This document shows, in pieces, positions 1 to 12,734 of a DNA stretch of 64,000 nt (position 1 is its first letter; the number at the start of each line of letters is the position of its first letter). Both the position numbers and the translations under genes were made by a program. The notes under the pieces were generated by a model. The model did no database searches, was not told the DNA's origin, and saw only the letters and a list, made by a program, of their open reading frames with translations. Origin of the DNA: Podarcis muralis (lineage: Eukaryota); contig NC_135660.1 of NCBI RefSeq assembly GCF_964188315.1, positions 49,228,001 to 49,292,000 on the forward strand, read 5' to 3'.

Positions 1-442
1 TAAACAGACACCATGGCTTTAATAAAATAAATGAAGTGAAGCCTTTTGAGCTCTGGGTGGAATATGTTGGTGCAAGTCAGGCTTTACTAGTGGTAGTGAA
101 AATTGACAGGCTGAGAACTGGGACATAAACAAAAATGTCAGTCCCTGGGAGTCTTGTTCGCTGGACAATGTCTCAATTGTTTCCTTGATTTTTCGCAGGC
201 AGCAGGGGATATTGGGAGATTAACTGTTTACCATCCATACAGGCTTTAGAGGTGTTTGCAGGAAGAGGTGGCAGAAAATAGTGTTTTCTGTTTGGAAGTG
301 ATTAAACATGTCAGTGGGGAGATAAGGAAAAGGTCACCCTGCTCTCCACATATTTGTCTAGCATTCAAGTTGAAAGCCCCATGTGTTTAAAAAGTTTTGC
401 TCTCTTTTTTGCAAACTGCCTTTTTTTGCATTCTGCAAAGCA

Positions 443-446
<4 letters not shown>

Positions 447-488
<42 letters not shown>
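447..488. repeat. (GA)n microsatellite
   Basis: Uninterrupted GA dinucleotide run. Confidence 0.98.
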
Positions 489-492
<4 letters not shown>

Positions 493-539
493 AGGGTGCG
501 ATGTTTCTTTGGAGGTGGGGTGAGCCAGATTTTTGTAAA

Positions 540-1400
540 TGTTCATTGGAAAGATAGAATCAAGCCTGCAAGGAGTTTGTTCTTTAATTTAGGAGGCAGT
601 GTTGACAAGACAGTTTTGAAATCGGGCGAAATCTGAGAAGCAGCAAGTTGCGTCAGTATTTTAGCCACTTATTCGTTTTATTTTAAAAATATACAGTATC
701 TAAAGGACAGGGAGAGACTGGCCACTTAGTCTTCTCCTCATACTTGCACTTTCTTCATTACAAAAGCAAGCAACAAGAGTCTATAGCATTCCAGCTGTTT
801 CTGAATATGTGTCTGAAACAATGGAACTTTGAAACCCTTCTGTCAGCATCTTTTAAATGTATGTTTTGTTCCAAGGGAGGAAGGAAGGGGAAAGGGGGGG
901 GGGGAGCAGGAGAAGCTTTTTTCTTCGGGGTACAAAGATGTGGAGCTTCACTGCAAAGAGATAAAGTCTGTTTTTAATAATTTCTTCTTTTGTCTCATAG
1001 TTAATGCACTTTAGGGCTAGAAGACAGTTTTTCATACAAAAGTCGTGAGGTGAGGTGATGCTGCTAGTGGGAGCAGAAAACTTAATTTACTGTATTTTTT
1101 TTCAGTTTCCCTTCCTTTTTGAAACATCTTGTGTCTGTTCATTCTCGGTGTCCCTCTTGATTTCATCTGCCTTGTCAACTGCATTGGAAGTGTTATTTGC
1201 ATTTTGTAGGCTGCTAAATTCTATAGTACCCCCTCTTTCCGGTCAGAAAGGAAATCACTTCCTAAGTAAATATAACAACTTGCAGCATGGTACAAATCAT
1301 CTCAGGGACATAGTTGATTTATCTATATATAACACTATTTTTTTTCTTTCAAAGTACCATTTAGATTCTGGCAGTGCTGCTTTTGCTGCTTTTCTATAAA
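540..1400 (+). promoter_or_regulatory. Candidate upstream promoter/enhancer with possible first-exon donor
   Basis: TE-free stretch with retained CpGs, CRE-like TGCGTCA (649-655), purine/G-rich tract (about 865-910), GAG|gtgagg donor at 1049/1050 and ETS-like GGAAATCACTTCC (about 1250). Function is inferred. Confidence 0.3.
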
Positions 1401-1793
1401 AAAAGCTCAAAAACGGCTTGTTGATTTTGTTTTGCGTTTTTGCACTCAACAACCCAATGGCTTACATTGCTTTGTCACATGGGTTAGCACTGCGCTCTGA
1501 AGCAAATGCTAGATGATTATTTAAATGGGGTGGTGGTGAGGAGAAGAATCTTTGAGGAAATCAAGTGAATGGCTGGCCATGAGTGTGTCATTTCAAGCTG
1601 ATGTATACATGTAAATGAAAAGCTGGACAAACACTGCCATCTTTCCTTGGGAGATAAGTCCCACTAGATTCACAGTGCCTCACTCCTAAGTAGGATGACC
1701 TGCTTCAAAAAGTACATAGGAAGATAAAGATTAGCATAAAATTTGCACAAGCTAATTTATGTAAGCCCCATTTTTTAAATGAACAGCAGTCAT

Positions 1794-1834
<41 letters not shown>
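1794..1834. repeat. (AAC)n microsatellite
   Basis: Perfect trinucleotide run. Confidence 0.97.
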
Positions 1835-1835
<1 letters not shown>

Positions 1836-2454
1836 ATGTATAGATGAAAATTTAGAAGAAAAAATACTGTAAATTAAATAGAGTTACAATTCATATCACC
1901 ACAATGAGTAAATCCAGGTGCTGTCAATTAGCAGCTACAAGGTCCCTCCTATTCTCTCTTTTTATGTTTTGTTTAAAGGTCAAATAAAGGTAGGGCACCC
2001 TATAGATAAGTATGCACAGGATTGTATCCTAAGAACCAACACTTGTTTGAAAGCATGCTTTGTAGAAATATCGGCGGTATCCAAGTAAATGTGTTTAGAT
2101 CTCAGGGCATATGGTTTAAGTGAAGTACTGGATTACCCTGGGCAGGTAATCATCAAATAAGGGAGCTTGTTTGTTAAATTACAGTGCTATTAACTGTATT
2201 AAATAAATTGAGCTTGGGTATCTTCAAGCGAAATCTGGAAGAAAGGGAGGTAAGGATATTTTATAATATTGTTCTTTCTGGGTTGGCGGTAGAGGATTCT
2301 GCTGGAAATCTCTCCTATAATCGGTATTGTCACATTTTTGGAATTGAATAGTACCACACCGTACTTGAATACATGCCGTCTGGGTTGGCGAGTTCAAATC
2401 TCGCCACACCTTCTGTGCAACAGCAGAATGCATGCAGACATGGGCACACCTACC

Positions 2455-2555
2455 CCAGCCTGTAATATGACGATAAAAACACTGACCTAGTTTTAAGGGT
2501 TGTTGTAAGCATCACGAGAAGTACACTCTAAATAATTATATTATTTTGCTATTTT
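2455..2555 (+). mobile_element. Degraded MIR/Ther1-like (L2-type) SINE 3' tail
   Basis: ctgtaatatgacgataa...agggttgttgtaagcat resembles the MIR tail ctgtaaaatggggataa...agggttgttgtgaggatt. Confidence 0.4.
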
Positions 2556-3469
2556 TATTTTTTTCCTACTTTATGATGATGCTATGGAAGTACCTGTCAT
2601 TTAGCATGCATAACTATATGAGCAGTGCGGCAGCTCTTAGGCTAATTAGGATACAAGGAAGTGGAATGGTATCTGTTTGCTCCTCACTCAAGAAGGAGAG
2701 AAGGCTTTTAGGGTTTCCTTTCCACACCATGTGATTGTTTACAGGATACGCCATGAAAACACAGCAAGGTAAAACCCTGCAGATTATCACATTGCACGCT
2801 TTCGTATTCTGGGTCAAGAGTTGAAGGGAAGTGTATCAGCCTTGAACCATTGCAGCATGACTTAATATGTCAGAGGTCAAAGCATGTAAATGAAAGCTTG
2901 TCCTCACCCTATTTTTGCTTTCCTGTGGTAAGATAAATATTGGATACAAGAGCCAAAGTGCTAACGCTATCTGAATAGTACCAAAAACCTAAAATTATTT
3001 GGATATTTGCTGCAAATGGATGCAGTAAAGTATTTTTGATCATTTCCACCTGTGCCTTCCTTTCTTGACTTTAAATGTGGATTTTTAAAAAAAGTTCTGT
3101 TGTTATTTTGTATTTGGATTAAAACAGAAACAGCGCTTTACAAGAAATATCAATATTATGCCAAACTTAACATCCAGCCCCATTCCCTTACATTGTTTTA
3201 TGCATTTTGTAACTTATTTTTTTCCTGTGCCCAGTGCATGAGTTCCTATTGGGTTCACATGCTTTACCTTCTGTAACTGTGTGTGCATGCGTATGTATTG
3301 TGTTACCCTCTCTCCCTCTCTTTTTTGTAAAAGAGTTTAATAATTGCTTTTGGATCTCTGGAGACACGTGTCAAGAATCATCTCTGCGTTGCTAGTCTAG
3401 TTCAACAAGTATGCTATAGAAATGGAAGGTTCTGTTATCCATCAGATTTTTCTGTTCCATTTGTTGCAG

Positions 3470-3618
3470 ATGAAAGGCGAATGAATTTAGTGCTCACTTT
3501 CTTCTCACTCTGACAGTTATTGATCCTCTCTGGAACTTTACAATTCACAGTCTGATCCTGTCATGACACAGGGAATTCCCAATTTGTTGTAACTGAGCTT
3601 TCTGCTGCTGCTGCTACG
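3470..3618 (+). other. Weak candidate non-coding exon
   Basis: Acceptor ttttctgttccatttgttgcag|A; donor ACG|gttaag is weak. No recognisable coding content. Confidence 0.2.
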
Positions 3619-3909
3619 GTTAAGAAATTGTTGCCTGGCTGTGTTTCAAATGCAGAAGTTAACATTTTCCAGTGGTGCATCTTAATAAACTAGGCTTGAC
3701 TTCCTTGCTTTGAAGAAATTCTAATTGAAAAAAACTATTTTTTTAAATAAACCAAGAGCTTTGTTTGGATATTGTAATTTGTAAGTGCAGTGACTGGTAC
3801 ACCCGGACGAGGTGGTGCTCAAAGTTCCAGTGCTATTTCTAGCCATCCTTTATCCGATCAAGTGCCTTCTCCCCATCTTACCCAAAGTTTACCCTCCCAT
3901 AGGAAATAA

Positions 3910-3912
<3 letters not shown>

Positions 3913-3975
<63 letters not shown>
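3913..3975. repeat. Compound (TG)n(AG)n microsatellite
   Basis: TG run directly followed by an AG run. Confidence 0.97.
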
Positions 3976-4469
3976 TATTATTTCACTTGATATTCTAATG
4001 ACTGACCATGAGGATAAATAAAAGTTGGGGTTTCAAAGGCCTGTGATGATAGTGGAAGTATGTGGGGATATGGTATAAAGCAAGGCAATGATTGTGAATC
4101 TACTGTGTTAGTGTGTTAACAAAATTGATAAAGCAGACTGTCTGGTTATTCCAGAAAGAGGAATGGTATTGTTGTAGTAATGCTTCTCTTAGGTTTCAGT
4201 AGCTGTCTCAGCACTATGGAAAAGATTTTCACTTCAAATTCTACCCTGGTTGCACTTTTATAGTAACTCCAGTGTGTTCACTTTTTCTCTTTTGCAGCGT
4301 TTATACACACAGACTTGCAATTCCATGAAGATCTCAGTCCTAAACACACTTACCAAGGAGTAAGCCGTGCTTTTGCATAAATATGTATAGGATTGTAGTG
4401 GGATATTATTTTCTGCTAGTTTTATTAGAGAGACAAAACCTGTTTTATTACTGCAATCATGTATGAAAT

Positions 4470-4610
4470 AAGATGGGGGAAGCCAACATGTTGCCCTCTG
4501 AATGTTGTGGACTACAACTCCCAGAATTTCGTGAGTGTTGACCATACCAGCTGGACCTGATGGAAGTTGAGGTCCACAATATTTGGAAGGTACCAAATTG
4601 GCTACAGCTA
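4470..4610. mobile_element. Degraded hairpin hAT-type MITE
   Basis: Squamate MITE core ggactacaactccc...ggaagttgaggtcc in inverted arrangement. Confidence 0.6.
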
Positions 4611-4867
4611 GATGAAGGAAGCAGCCTTCGTAAGCAAGCACTACAAATTTGTATGTGGCGCCATCTGCAAGCAGAAATGCACCTCCATTTGCACAAAGGG
4701 GGACCCACCCCCATTTGTGCTGATTCCCTCTACCTCCGGCAGCCTCAACAACAGATCCCTGTGTTGTTCTGGGCAGTCCGCTCTCCAGGAACAGATTTTC
4801 AACAACTGAAAGGCCAGAGTGCATGAGTGGGAAGTTTTCTCTCAGATGTTTGGGTCCAACCTGAGAC

Positions 4868-5640
4868 TTATTTATTTATTTAAGATATTTATATACAACT
4901 TAATTACAAACATTTCTAAACTGTACATCAAAATTAAAAAGGATGCAATGGGAAATACTGATTAAACTAAGTCATAAAAAGCAGAAAACATCCTTTAAAG
5001 GCTTGCTGAAATAGAAGGGTCTTTTGTCAAGAGCCTGAAGTTCAACAGTGAGGGGGATCTGTCAGATCTCAGCCAGGAAGGAGTTCCACATAATTCATCA
5101 ATATATCCTGGACCAAGCTGTTAAGCACCTTCTAAATTAATACAAAGACCTTGAACCCAGCCTAATAGGATATGGCCAGTCAGTTCAAGCTTTTACGACA
5201 GGGTTCCTCAAACCCTGCCCTCCAGATATTTTGAGACTACAATTCCCATAATCCCTGACTCCTGGCCCTGCTAGCTAGGGATCATGGGAGTTGTAGGCCA
5301 AAAACATCTAGAGGGCTGAGTTTGAGGAAGCATGTTTTATGAAGTGGTCTTATGTGCTGGTGGTAGTCTGTCCCCACCAGCAGTCTAGCTACTCCACAGT
5401 GTCCAAGCTTGAACTTCTGTACCAGGCCTAAGGATAGCCCCACGTAGAGTGAATTGCAATAAGCAAGACTTTGCTTGACTAAGAATTTGAATATGGTTTG
5501 GCTGTGGCACAGTTTGCTTTGGTGTAAATGGTTTCCCCCTCCAGGATGATTTTCTAGCCATTCAATTTGGATGGTAATTCAGTTAACCATAGCGGTTAAC
5601 GGGTTACAGCACTTTAGAGTATGGTCAGGGACCTAGGGCT
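4868..5640 (-). mobile_element. Old L2-type LINE 3' fragment interrupted by a MITE
   Basis: (TTTA)n-type tail at the left end, degraded L2-like body (ggagttccaca, aagaccttgaac); split by the MITE at 5199-5334. Confidence 0.45.
5199..5334. mobile_element. hAT MITE (hairpin type)
   Basis: TIRs cagggttcctcaaac / gtttgaggaagcatg; 8-bp TSD ttttacga / ttttatga (7/8); same family as 37033-37168. Confidence 0.85.
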
Positions 5641-7818
5641 TATTAGAGGAGGAGAGAGTGAATTGAACAGCAAATGCTGAAATGATGGTAATCAGCCCTT
5701 TCCAGCTGGTTATATGCATTGCAGGAGGTTGGCAGGCCCTTTAAACAGGAGAGTCTCACATCTGCTTTTGTTTATCCTTTTGCTGCAGGCAAGGCTGAAA
5801 ACTTAATAAATGGCATGAAACCTAAGGAAGCATAAATATAAAAGAGCATTAGATAAATTACACCATCCTTGCCTACCTGCAATGTTTTAATAACATAAAC
5901 AGGGTGTATGTATAATTTCTCTATAAAAGCACCCACAATGCACTGGCTTTTTACTAAGGTTCCCTTGTTTGAAACATTCCCCCCTCCCTTTTTTGTGGGG
6001 TTACCACTCTTTCTGGCCTGGTGCCTATAACTCCTCCCTAACGCTAGCATCATTTTGCAGTGGCAGGCAGCTCTGCAAAGATGCAGTGATAGTTTTGCAG
6101 AAGGATATTTTATAAAGTGGTGTTTAAAATGTTACAGAACCTTATATCTCACAGAACAGATGAAAGTCCTTTGCAATGGAGGCAGAATGTACAGCCAATG
6201 CCTCTTAATACTTCCTTTAATACGCTCGTGTCTTTGCTTTCATGTTTTCCTACCATTTCTTCAATCCAACCTTCCTGTCAGTGAGAGTGGTGTGAGTGGG
6301 GCTCACTAAGGAGAAACAATGAGCATAGAAGCCCAGCCACCTTGGAAAGAGGGAGAAAGATTGAATTGAGCACATTGCTGCTCTTGTATGATCCATTATG
6401 AAAGAACTGGCATTTATGCATTAACCCTAATATAAGTGTAATATAATGTACATTTGAAGAAGAACCACAAAATAAGTATTTTCAACAGCTAATGGTTTGT
6501 TGAATACCTTCAATTCAATTGCCTGCTGATTATTAATAGGAGGTGTAACTCGGGTCAGAAGAACAGTATAATTTGAAGACCTTGAACTGTTTTTTGTCAG
6601 TTAAGAGCTGCAGTCTGCATCCGCTCAAATTCAGATTAATTAATCTAGTGAAATGGGAACCTTATAAACTGAAGAATTCAGAGTATACAGAGAAACAGGT
6701 TTTGTCTCTTAACATTCAGACTCAACTATATATTCTCTACCATTTCTACACCTGGAAACGGAAGTGAGGTTGGCTTGACGTTGTAGCCATCCAGTTTCCA
6801 TAAGGAATGAATGTACACAAACTAGATGAGTTCCCTTCCAATTCTGTTATTCTAGATGTCTTTTCCTTGAGGCACAATCTGTAAGCAACTACTTCAGTGC
6901 AGAGCGTGCTTCTTGTGCAGTTCTCCTTATTTCAGTAGGTCCTATATGGGACACTTTCCCCATTCATCACACCCTTCAACTGTGCATGCTCTATTTTGTC
7001 TCTAAACATCCACCTACATTCTTACATATAGCAGCCGGATCCCAAATAAATTTATGGGTGTGTTCAAAGCAATCTACCCCCAACCCCAAATAGGCACACA
7101 GAGTTTGCTGATCACTACTTTGAATATGATAAATATTGAATTAATCAGCATTTAAAGCTAGTAAAGAAGTAAAAGAAAGGGATTAGGATGAGAAGACTAG
7201 GAGGGAGGGGAGAGATGGGAAAGGCGTAAGGGTAAGGCATATGAGAGGGAGAGGAGGCATTCCGCTTCATTTGGAATTATTAATGTAGCATAGAGAAGTT
7301 CAGAAATTGAGATTTATCTTCTTACAATAAGGCTCTTGTAATGAAGTATAGCTACATTTACATGAACAAGCTGTTCTGTGTCTGGTGCTCCCAGCGTGCT
7401 CTCAAAATTCAAAATGTACCCACTGGTTCAAAAATGTTGGCAACTCATGGTGTATAATAACCCAGGTCTTCAGAACCAGCCACAATCACTAAAAATGCCA
7501 TCTACTCCATTTCTATAACGGTGTGTCAAGGAAACCAATGTTACTTCCCCAGTGTCTGATATCATTGACATATTGCATAAATAACTCTGTCCTGTTCATC
7601 TTCTAATAGTTCCTTCCTTAGTTTTATGCTTAAGATACAAGTTTTTCTTAGATCAGTAGCTAGGCATTGCTAATGCAGCTGAATGATACTAGACAAACCT
7701 TTCAGGACATATATGCGTTTGGGTTATCTAAGTTAAAGTGTTCTTATACATTAGAAAGGTATGAGATTCCCATGTAGTAGCTTTTGGTTATTGTTTGGGT
7801 TGTATGAGATTCACAGTT

Positions 7819-7857
7819 TGCATGCATGTGTGTGTGCGCGCACACACACACACACAC
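7819..7857. repeat. Alternating purine-pyrimidine tract (TG)n(CG)n(CA)n
   Basis: tgcatgcatgtgtgtgtgcgcgcacacacacacacacac, 39 bp strictly alternating. Confidence 0.9.
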
Positions 7858-9358
7858 TGCAGTTGAAAGCTCTTCAGCTAGCTAATGTTTGATGTCAAGA
7901 AAGAGCCACCAGGCAAGGCAAGAATGATTCATATATGTATATGAGTGGAAATGCCATCAATATGCACGTTCCCATGCAAATTATAAGAGGACAGGGTCCT
8001 GCCTGAGGAATTTACATCTGTTCAGGGCAGACAACAGAGCAGGAGTTGAGAGACGGAGACGGGGCAAAGAGGGGATATTATTATCTATTTCAGTTGCATG
8101 TACTCAAGATTAAGTTACAGCAGAGTATGGGAACAAGGCGGCTGTTGCAAAGACACATTTTTTAAAAATATATATATAATCAATGATAAAGTCTGTGTAT
8201 TTTATTGCAAGCTGCATTCCAATCTGTCTTTTTTCATCCTTCTAACTGTTCAGAAAACTTCATCACAATCTTCTTTTATAGTTTAGGAACTTAGAAGAGT
8301 AGATGGTGATGGGGCTCAATACTACCTGGGAAGAAAACATTTGACTTTGAGTTGGACCTACATGTACAGCCTGCTGTATTCTCTACAGTCCCTGTGTGTT
8401 CCTACACTTGTGTGTAGGCCATGAGGCCATCGTACTCCAGTAGGGTTCATCCTTCAGTTCAAGTCTGGGTCGCTGTCTCCACATATGGCTAGCCTATGTT
8501 CTGAAAGCATTGGAATGAAGCAGCTGCCACTCCAGGCTATTTTGATTACATAACTCCATTGCATTCACAGTGGGATCTTGCATAGCTAGCTTTGTGTAGT
8601 GGGAGAGATAAGGGTCTTTCTGCTTCTGTAGCTGGATGCCCATACGGGTAGTCAGAAGCAATTTTTGTGGTTGTCACCTTAGATTCAAAAGCTGTTCAAC
8701 TTAATATTAAAAAAACTCCTGTCATAATGCAACAGTTCTTGCTTTCATTTAATACTTTGTTAAGTCAAGAAAAGAAAATGCTAACAGGCTCAGGGTGTAT
8801 ATGAATTTCAAAGATACAATTTTGGGGCCTGCAGAAAAATAATTTTGGAACCACCACAGCTATACTTTTCAAGAAGCACAGTCTCACATGCTTGCAGTGA
8901 ATGTTGGACTTTGATTAAATCAATTTGTGTGGCTATGACCACTGGTTGACCATCACCTGTCTTTATTATTCAATACTACTTACCTGAAGATAATTGTGAG
9001 GTTATAAAACAGAAAATATTATGCATAGGAGGAAACTAAGTTTTACTTAAGAGTAGTCCCATTGATAATTAACAGCCCTAAGTCATGTCAGTTGATTTCA
9101 GTGGGTTGAATACCACCCTATATGTGTCATCCTGAGGTCCTTATAGGAAGGGATGTCTAAAATGAACATGTTATTCTGAAGATGAGAAAAGTCATCAGGA
9201 CTATAAAGCCATGGAGAGTGGTATGATCAGGTTTCCCATTTCCTCCTTCATCCACACCAAGCCAGACCCACCTCTCACCAAACCAACCAGCTGTGGTGCA
9301 GCTTTCCTCTAACGGCTCAAGGAACACCCCTCACCCGCCTTATGTTTAATGATGTAGT

Positions 9359-9518
9359 CGGTGCTTTCTCCCCCCCCCTAACAAAAATGTTTAAGGGTAC
9401 TCAATTTCCACCATTTTCTTGTTCAAATTGGGGAAAATAAATACAGTAAATGGACAAAAGTACAAAGAGTCACACAATGTTTAGGGATACCGCTGCGTCC
9501 CCCCAGAAAAAGCCACTG
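9359..9518. mobile_element. hAT-like MITE
   Basis: Ends cggtgctttct / gaaaaagccactg; flanks gatgtagt / gctgcagt (6/8 TSD match). Confidence 0.5.
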
Positions 9519-11616
9519 GCTGCAGTCCTGTTGTATTTTTCAGTGCTCATAAACCTTAGAAAATAGTAGTTAATGTCGTGGCTGAATGTTGTGTTGACAG
9601 ATAAATGTCTTGATCCATTTCATGAAGTTAGCAGAGCAGTTTGGAGCTTGATTCAAGTATGCACTCTACTTTACATCATGGGTGGCTCGATGGTCAATAA
9701 TAATGGAAGTGTGGATTTGGCCCCAGTTTTCCAGTTGCCTGTTCTTCGGACTAAATAATACCATCAGCTATTTTCTCTCCAATCACTAGTCTTTAACTTT
9801 CCTAGTGTAAATAACTCACCATTGAATGTTATATACGGAATTATAGGAATTTAAGGAGGTTTCTACTTCCCACTTCGGGCAAGATAACATTTTGGTGTTA
9901 TCCTGACATTTCCCTGATTGTAACCATCCAGTGAGTAAAGGACTGACAGGAAACAAGTGCACAAACTGCTGTGTTCTGCCTGTTTGCAGTGTTTGCATAC
10001 ATCAAGTCAGGATTTAGCATTATAGGACAAAAATTCATCATTGGTGTATTTTAATTTGTGTATTTTAATCATTAAGGTTCTCTAAGAAGTTGTAAATAGT
10101 TTAGTGGATTATTTTATTTGTGCATATGAAAAACTGAAACCTATTACCTGCTTAGCAATCCATATTTTACTTGTAAATTAATTGTTCAGTATATATTATC
10201 TGGTTTTTAACGCTAGATAATGCGGGTTTTGTAGGTTCACATGAATATGCGGTGTGGAATTCATGCCAGACAATTTAGCTATTTCCTCAGCACAGAGCAA
10301 TTCATTGCATTTGTGGAAATGCAAGATATCCTGATACTGCTCATGGAGGAAGTCCAGTGCCGTGGTTATAAAAGGCATAGCTTGATGAATGGGCAGCAAC
10401 TCCAATGGGAATGCCAATCAGTGATAGCAACCAGTGGTTGTTTAATTAAAAAATGTTAATAATGCAACAATTGGGTCAAGGTGCTTCTCAAACAGGAGTG
10501 ATTACTCCTGTACAAATAATGAGAGTATATTATCTCCCACCTTGAGGTAGCAATTGTGGTAGCAAAGCTACAATCTACGAAATGGAAGGTGGGACAACTG
10601 AGACCTACTGATGAGTGTGTCATGATATTCCAGTGAAGAAACAGGAAATTATTCCCCATTTCAGTTAACATCCAAAGCTGCTTGCAATAGTCTCTCGCCA
10701 GTTAACCAGCTGGCATATTTTGATAGACTCTTGTAAAGGGAGAGTTGTGTATCACACAGGATACAATAGGGCAGATTTTCAAAAGCTCAACAATCTTGTA
10801 TTGGCATAAATCTCCCAGTGATAGTTAAATGCGACTGAAATCAAAGTTTATCCTTTTATGTTAATGAAATGCAGGTAGTAAGAAAGTGATGGTTCAACTT
10901 ACTAGTTATATTTGCTAAAAGACAGCAAAGCAATAAAACTTCAATGTAAGCTCCAAATCTGTCATTTAGCGATGGGAGTAAAACATCTATAAATAAGGAA
11001 ATAGCAGACACCTGTAATTTTGCTGAATGGCACCCAGTGGCAGATTTCGCCAGTGTTGTTGTTGTTGCTTGACACAGAAAGCAGTAGGCCCAACGTTTCT
11101 CATTTGGATTTTGCAAAGAGTTTGTCAGATTTCTTCTTGTTTTTGATACAGGCTTTGGCAGCTCCATTTCACTTTGCTACTTAACCATAAATAAGTTAGC
11201 TTGTGATGCACCTAGTACTACCCTTGCCTTACAGAAAGCTGCTTGAAGAACGTTGAGTGAAATGATAAACTTCATATCTTGTAAATCATAAAGGAGCATA
11301 TTTGCATCTTTCAGTGCTCTGCAAACATCTAACATTTTTTCATTAAAAAGAGAGAGAGAGTTTTCCAAACGAAAGTATAAGGTTGGTGGGCAATTTATGA
11401 TAGAATATCTGCCAAACTGTAGTGTCAGTGTTTGTAGTGTCACTGCTTATGCAGTGCTTCGATTGAGGTGCCGGTAATAATTGAGATGGATGAACTACAA
11501 CTCTTACCATCCCAGTTCTGCCAACTTTGTGAATCAGCTGATGTCTGAAACCTAAAAGGGTGGCTGGTCATACTGAGGGGTCATTGTTAGGAGATGGTAA
11601 TGAAACATTTTGTATA

Positions 11617-11830
11617 CAGTGGGACCTCGGGTTAAGAACTTAATTCGTTCTGGAGGTCTGTTCTTAACCTGAAACTGTTCTTAACCTGAGGTACCATTTT
11701 AGCTAATGGGGCCTCCCGCCACTGCCGCGCGATTTCTGTTCTCATCCTGAAGCAAAGTTCTTAACGCGAGGTACTATTTCTAGTTAGTGGAGTCTGTAAC
11801 CTGAAGCATCTGTAACCCGAGGTACCACTG
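11617..11830. mobile_element. Tc1/mariner-pogo (Tigger-like) MITE, family A
   Basis: TA|cagtgggacctcgggtta ... taacccgaggtaccactg|TA; highly similar to 34935-35176. Confidence 0.9.
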
Positions 11831-12208
11831 TACTAGTATCCTGATCTTATAGATAAAGAAACATAACTGCGGCTACATAAATAATGTGTTGTGTTGTGCC
11901 TAATTGGTATGAGTCCATTTTAAAATATTTTTAATCAAATATATCTAACATAACATGCTCTGGGTTGGACAAAATCCTTTAATTAGTGTGCATAATTCAG
12001 TCTCACACCACCCACTGTATATCACTCACCCCAATACACTGGTCCTTCTGGTAACGGTAGCTGTTTCTGAAGGATCATTGCTGACCCACACTATTGTGCT
12101 TGTATAACATCACTGAACAATTTCTGTTGAAAAGGTAACATTAAGGATGGTGTTTCTCCACTGGAGCAATAGTTGTTGTGCTCTGTGCTTTAAGACCAGT
12201 CCTTAAGA

Positions 12209-12355
12209 CAGGGATAGAGAATGTGTGGCCTGCTGGATGTTGTTGAACTCTCAACTCCTACCAGTGCTAGTCAGCATGGCCCAATGGTCAGGGATGATGG
12301 GAGTTGTAGTTCCACAACAACACTTGAGGAGGAGGGCACAGGTTCCCCATTCTTG
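12209..12355. mobile_element. hAT hairpin MITE
   Basis: caggga... / ...ccccattcttg ends, gggatgatgggagttgtag core; flanks ccttaaga / ctctaaga. Confidence 0.7.
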
Positions 12356-12734
12356 CTCTAAGACAGTCCTTTGTCAGTACTATAGCTTTTTCAACCCCTC
12401 TTAAAAAAATAAAATAGCACTTCTGACAAAGAAGAAAACTACAGTTATATCTGAGAATCAGAGGGTAATGCTTAGAGAAGTGGCTAATTTCTTCGGTTTA
12501 CTTGTAAACTGGGTGTTTGCAAGTGCTGTTTGACAGTGTACATAGGACCAAGAACATAGAACTGGGAGGTAGTGATAGCAATCTTCAAATATCTAAAGGG
12601 CTGTCACATGGAAGGTGGAGCAAACTTGTTTTTTCCTGCTCCAAAGACGAGGACTTTCCTTTACTGGATGTCCTTAAACAGGGTTGAATGGCCACCTGTC
12701 ATGGATGCTTTAGTTGAGATTCCTGCATTGCAGG

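Noticed and set aside
2277-2390. 12-bp direct repeat tctgggttggcg flanking 90 bp
   Set aside because: Could be a TSD, but the enclosed sequence has no tail, TIR or recognisable family.
4258-4824. 188-aa minus-strand ORF and overlapping ORFs
   Set aside because: Overlaps the palindromic MITE at 4470-4610; no recognisable protein motif.
10543-10564. TGAGGTAG let-7-like seed
   Set aside because: The remainder (caattgtggtagc) does not match let-7 and I see no pre-miRNA hairpin.
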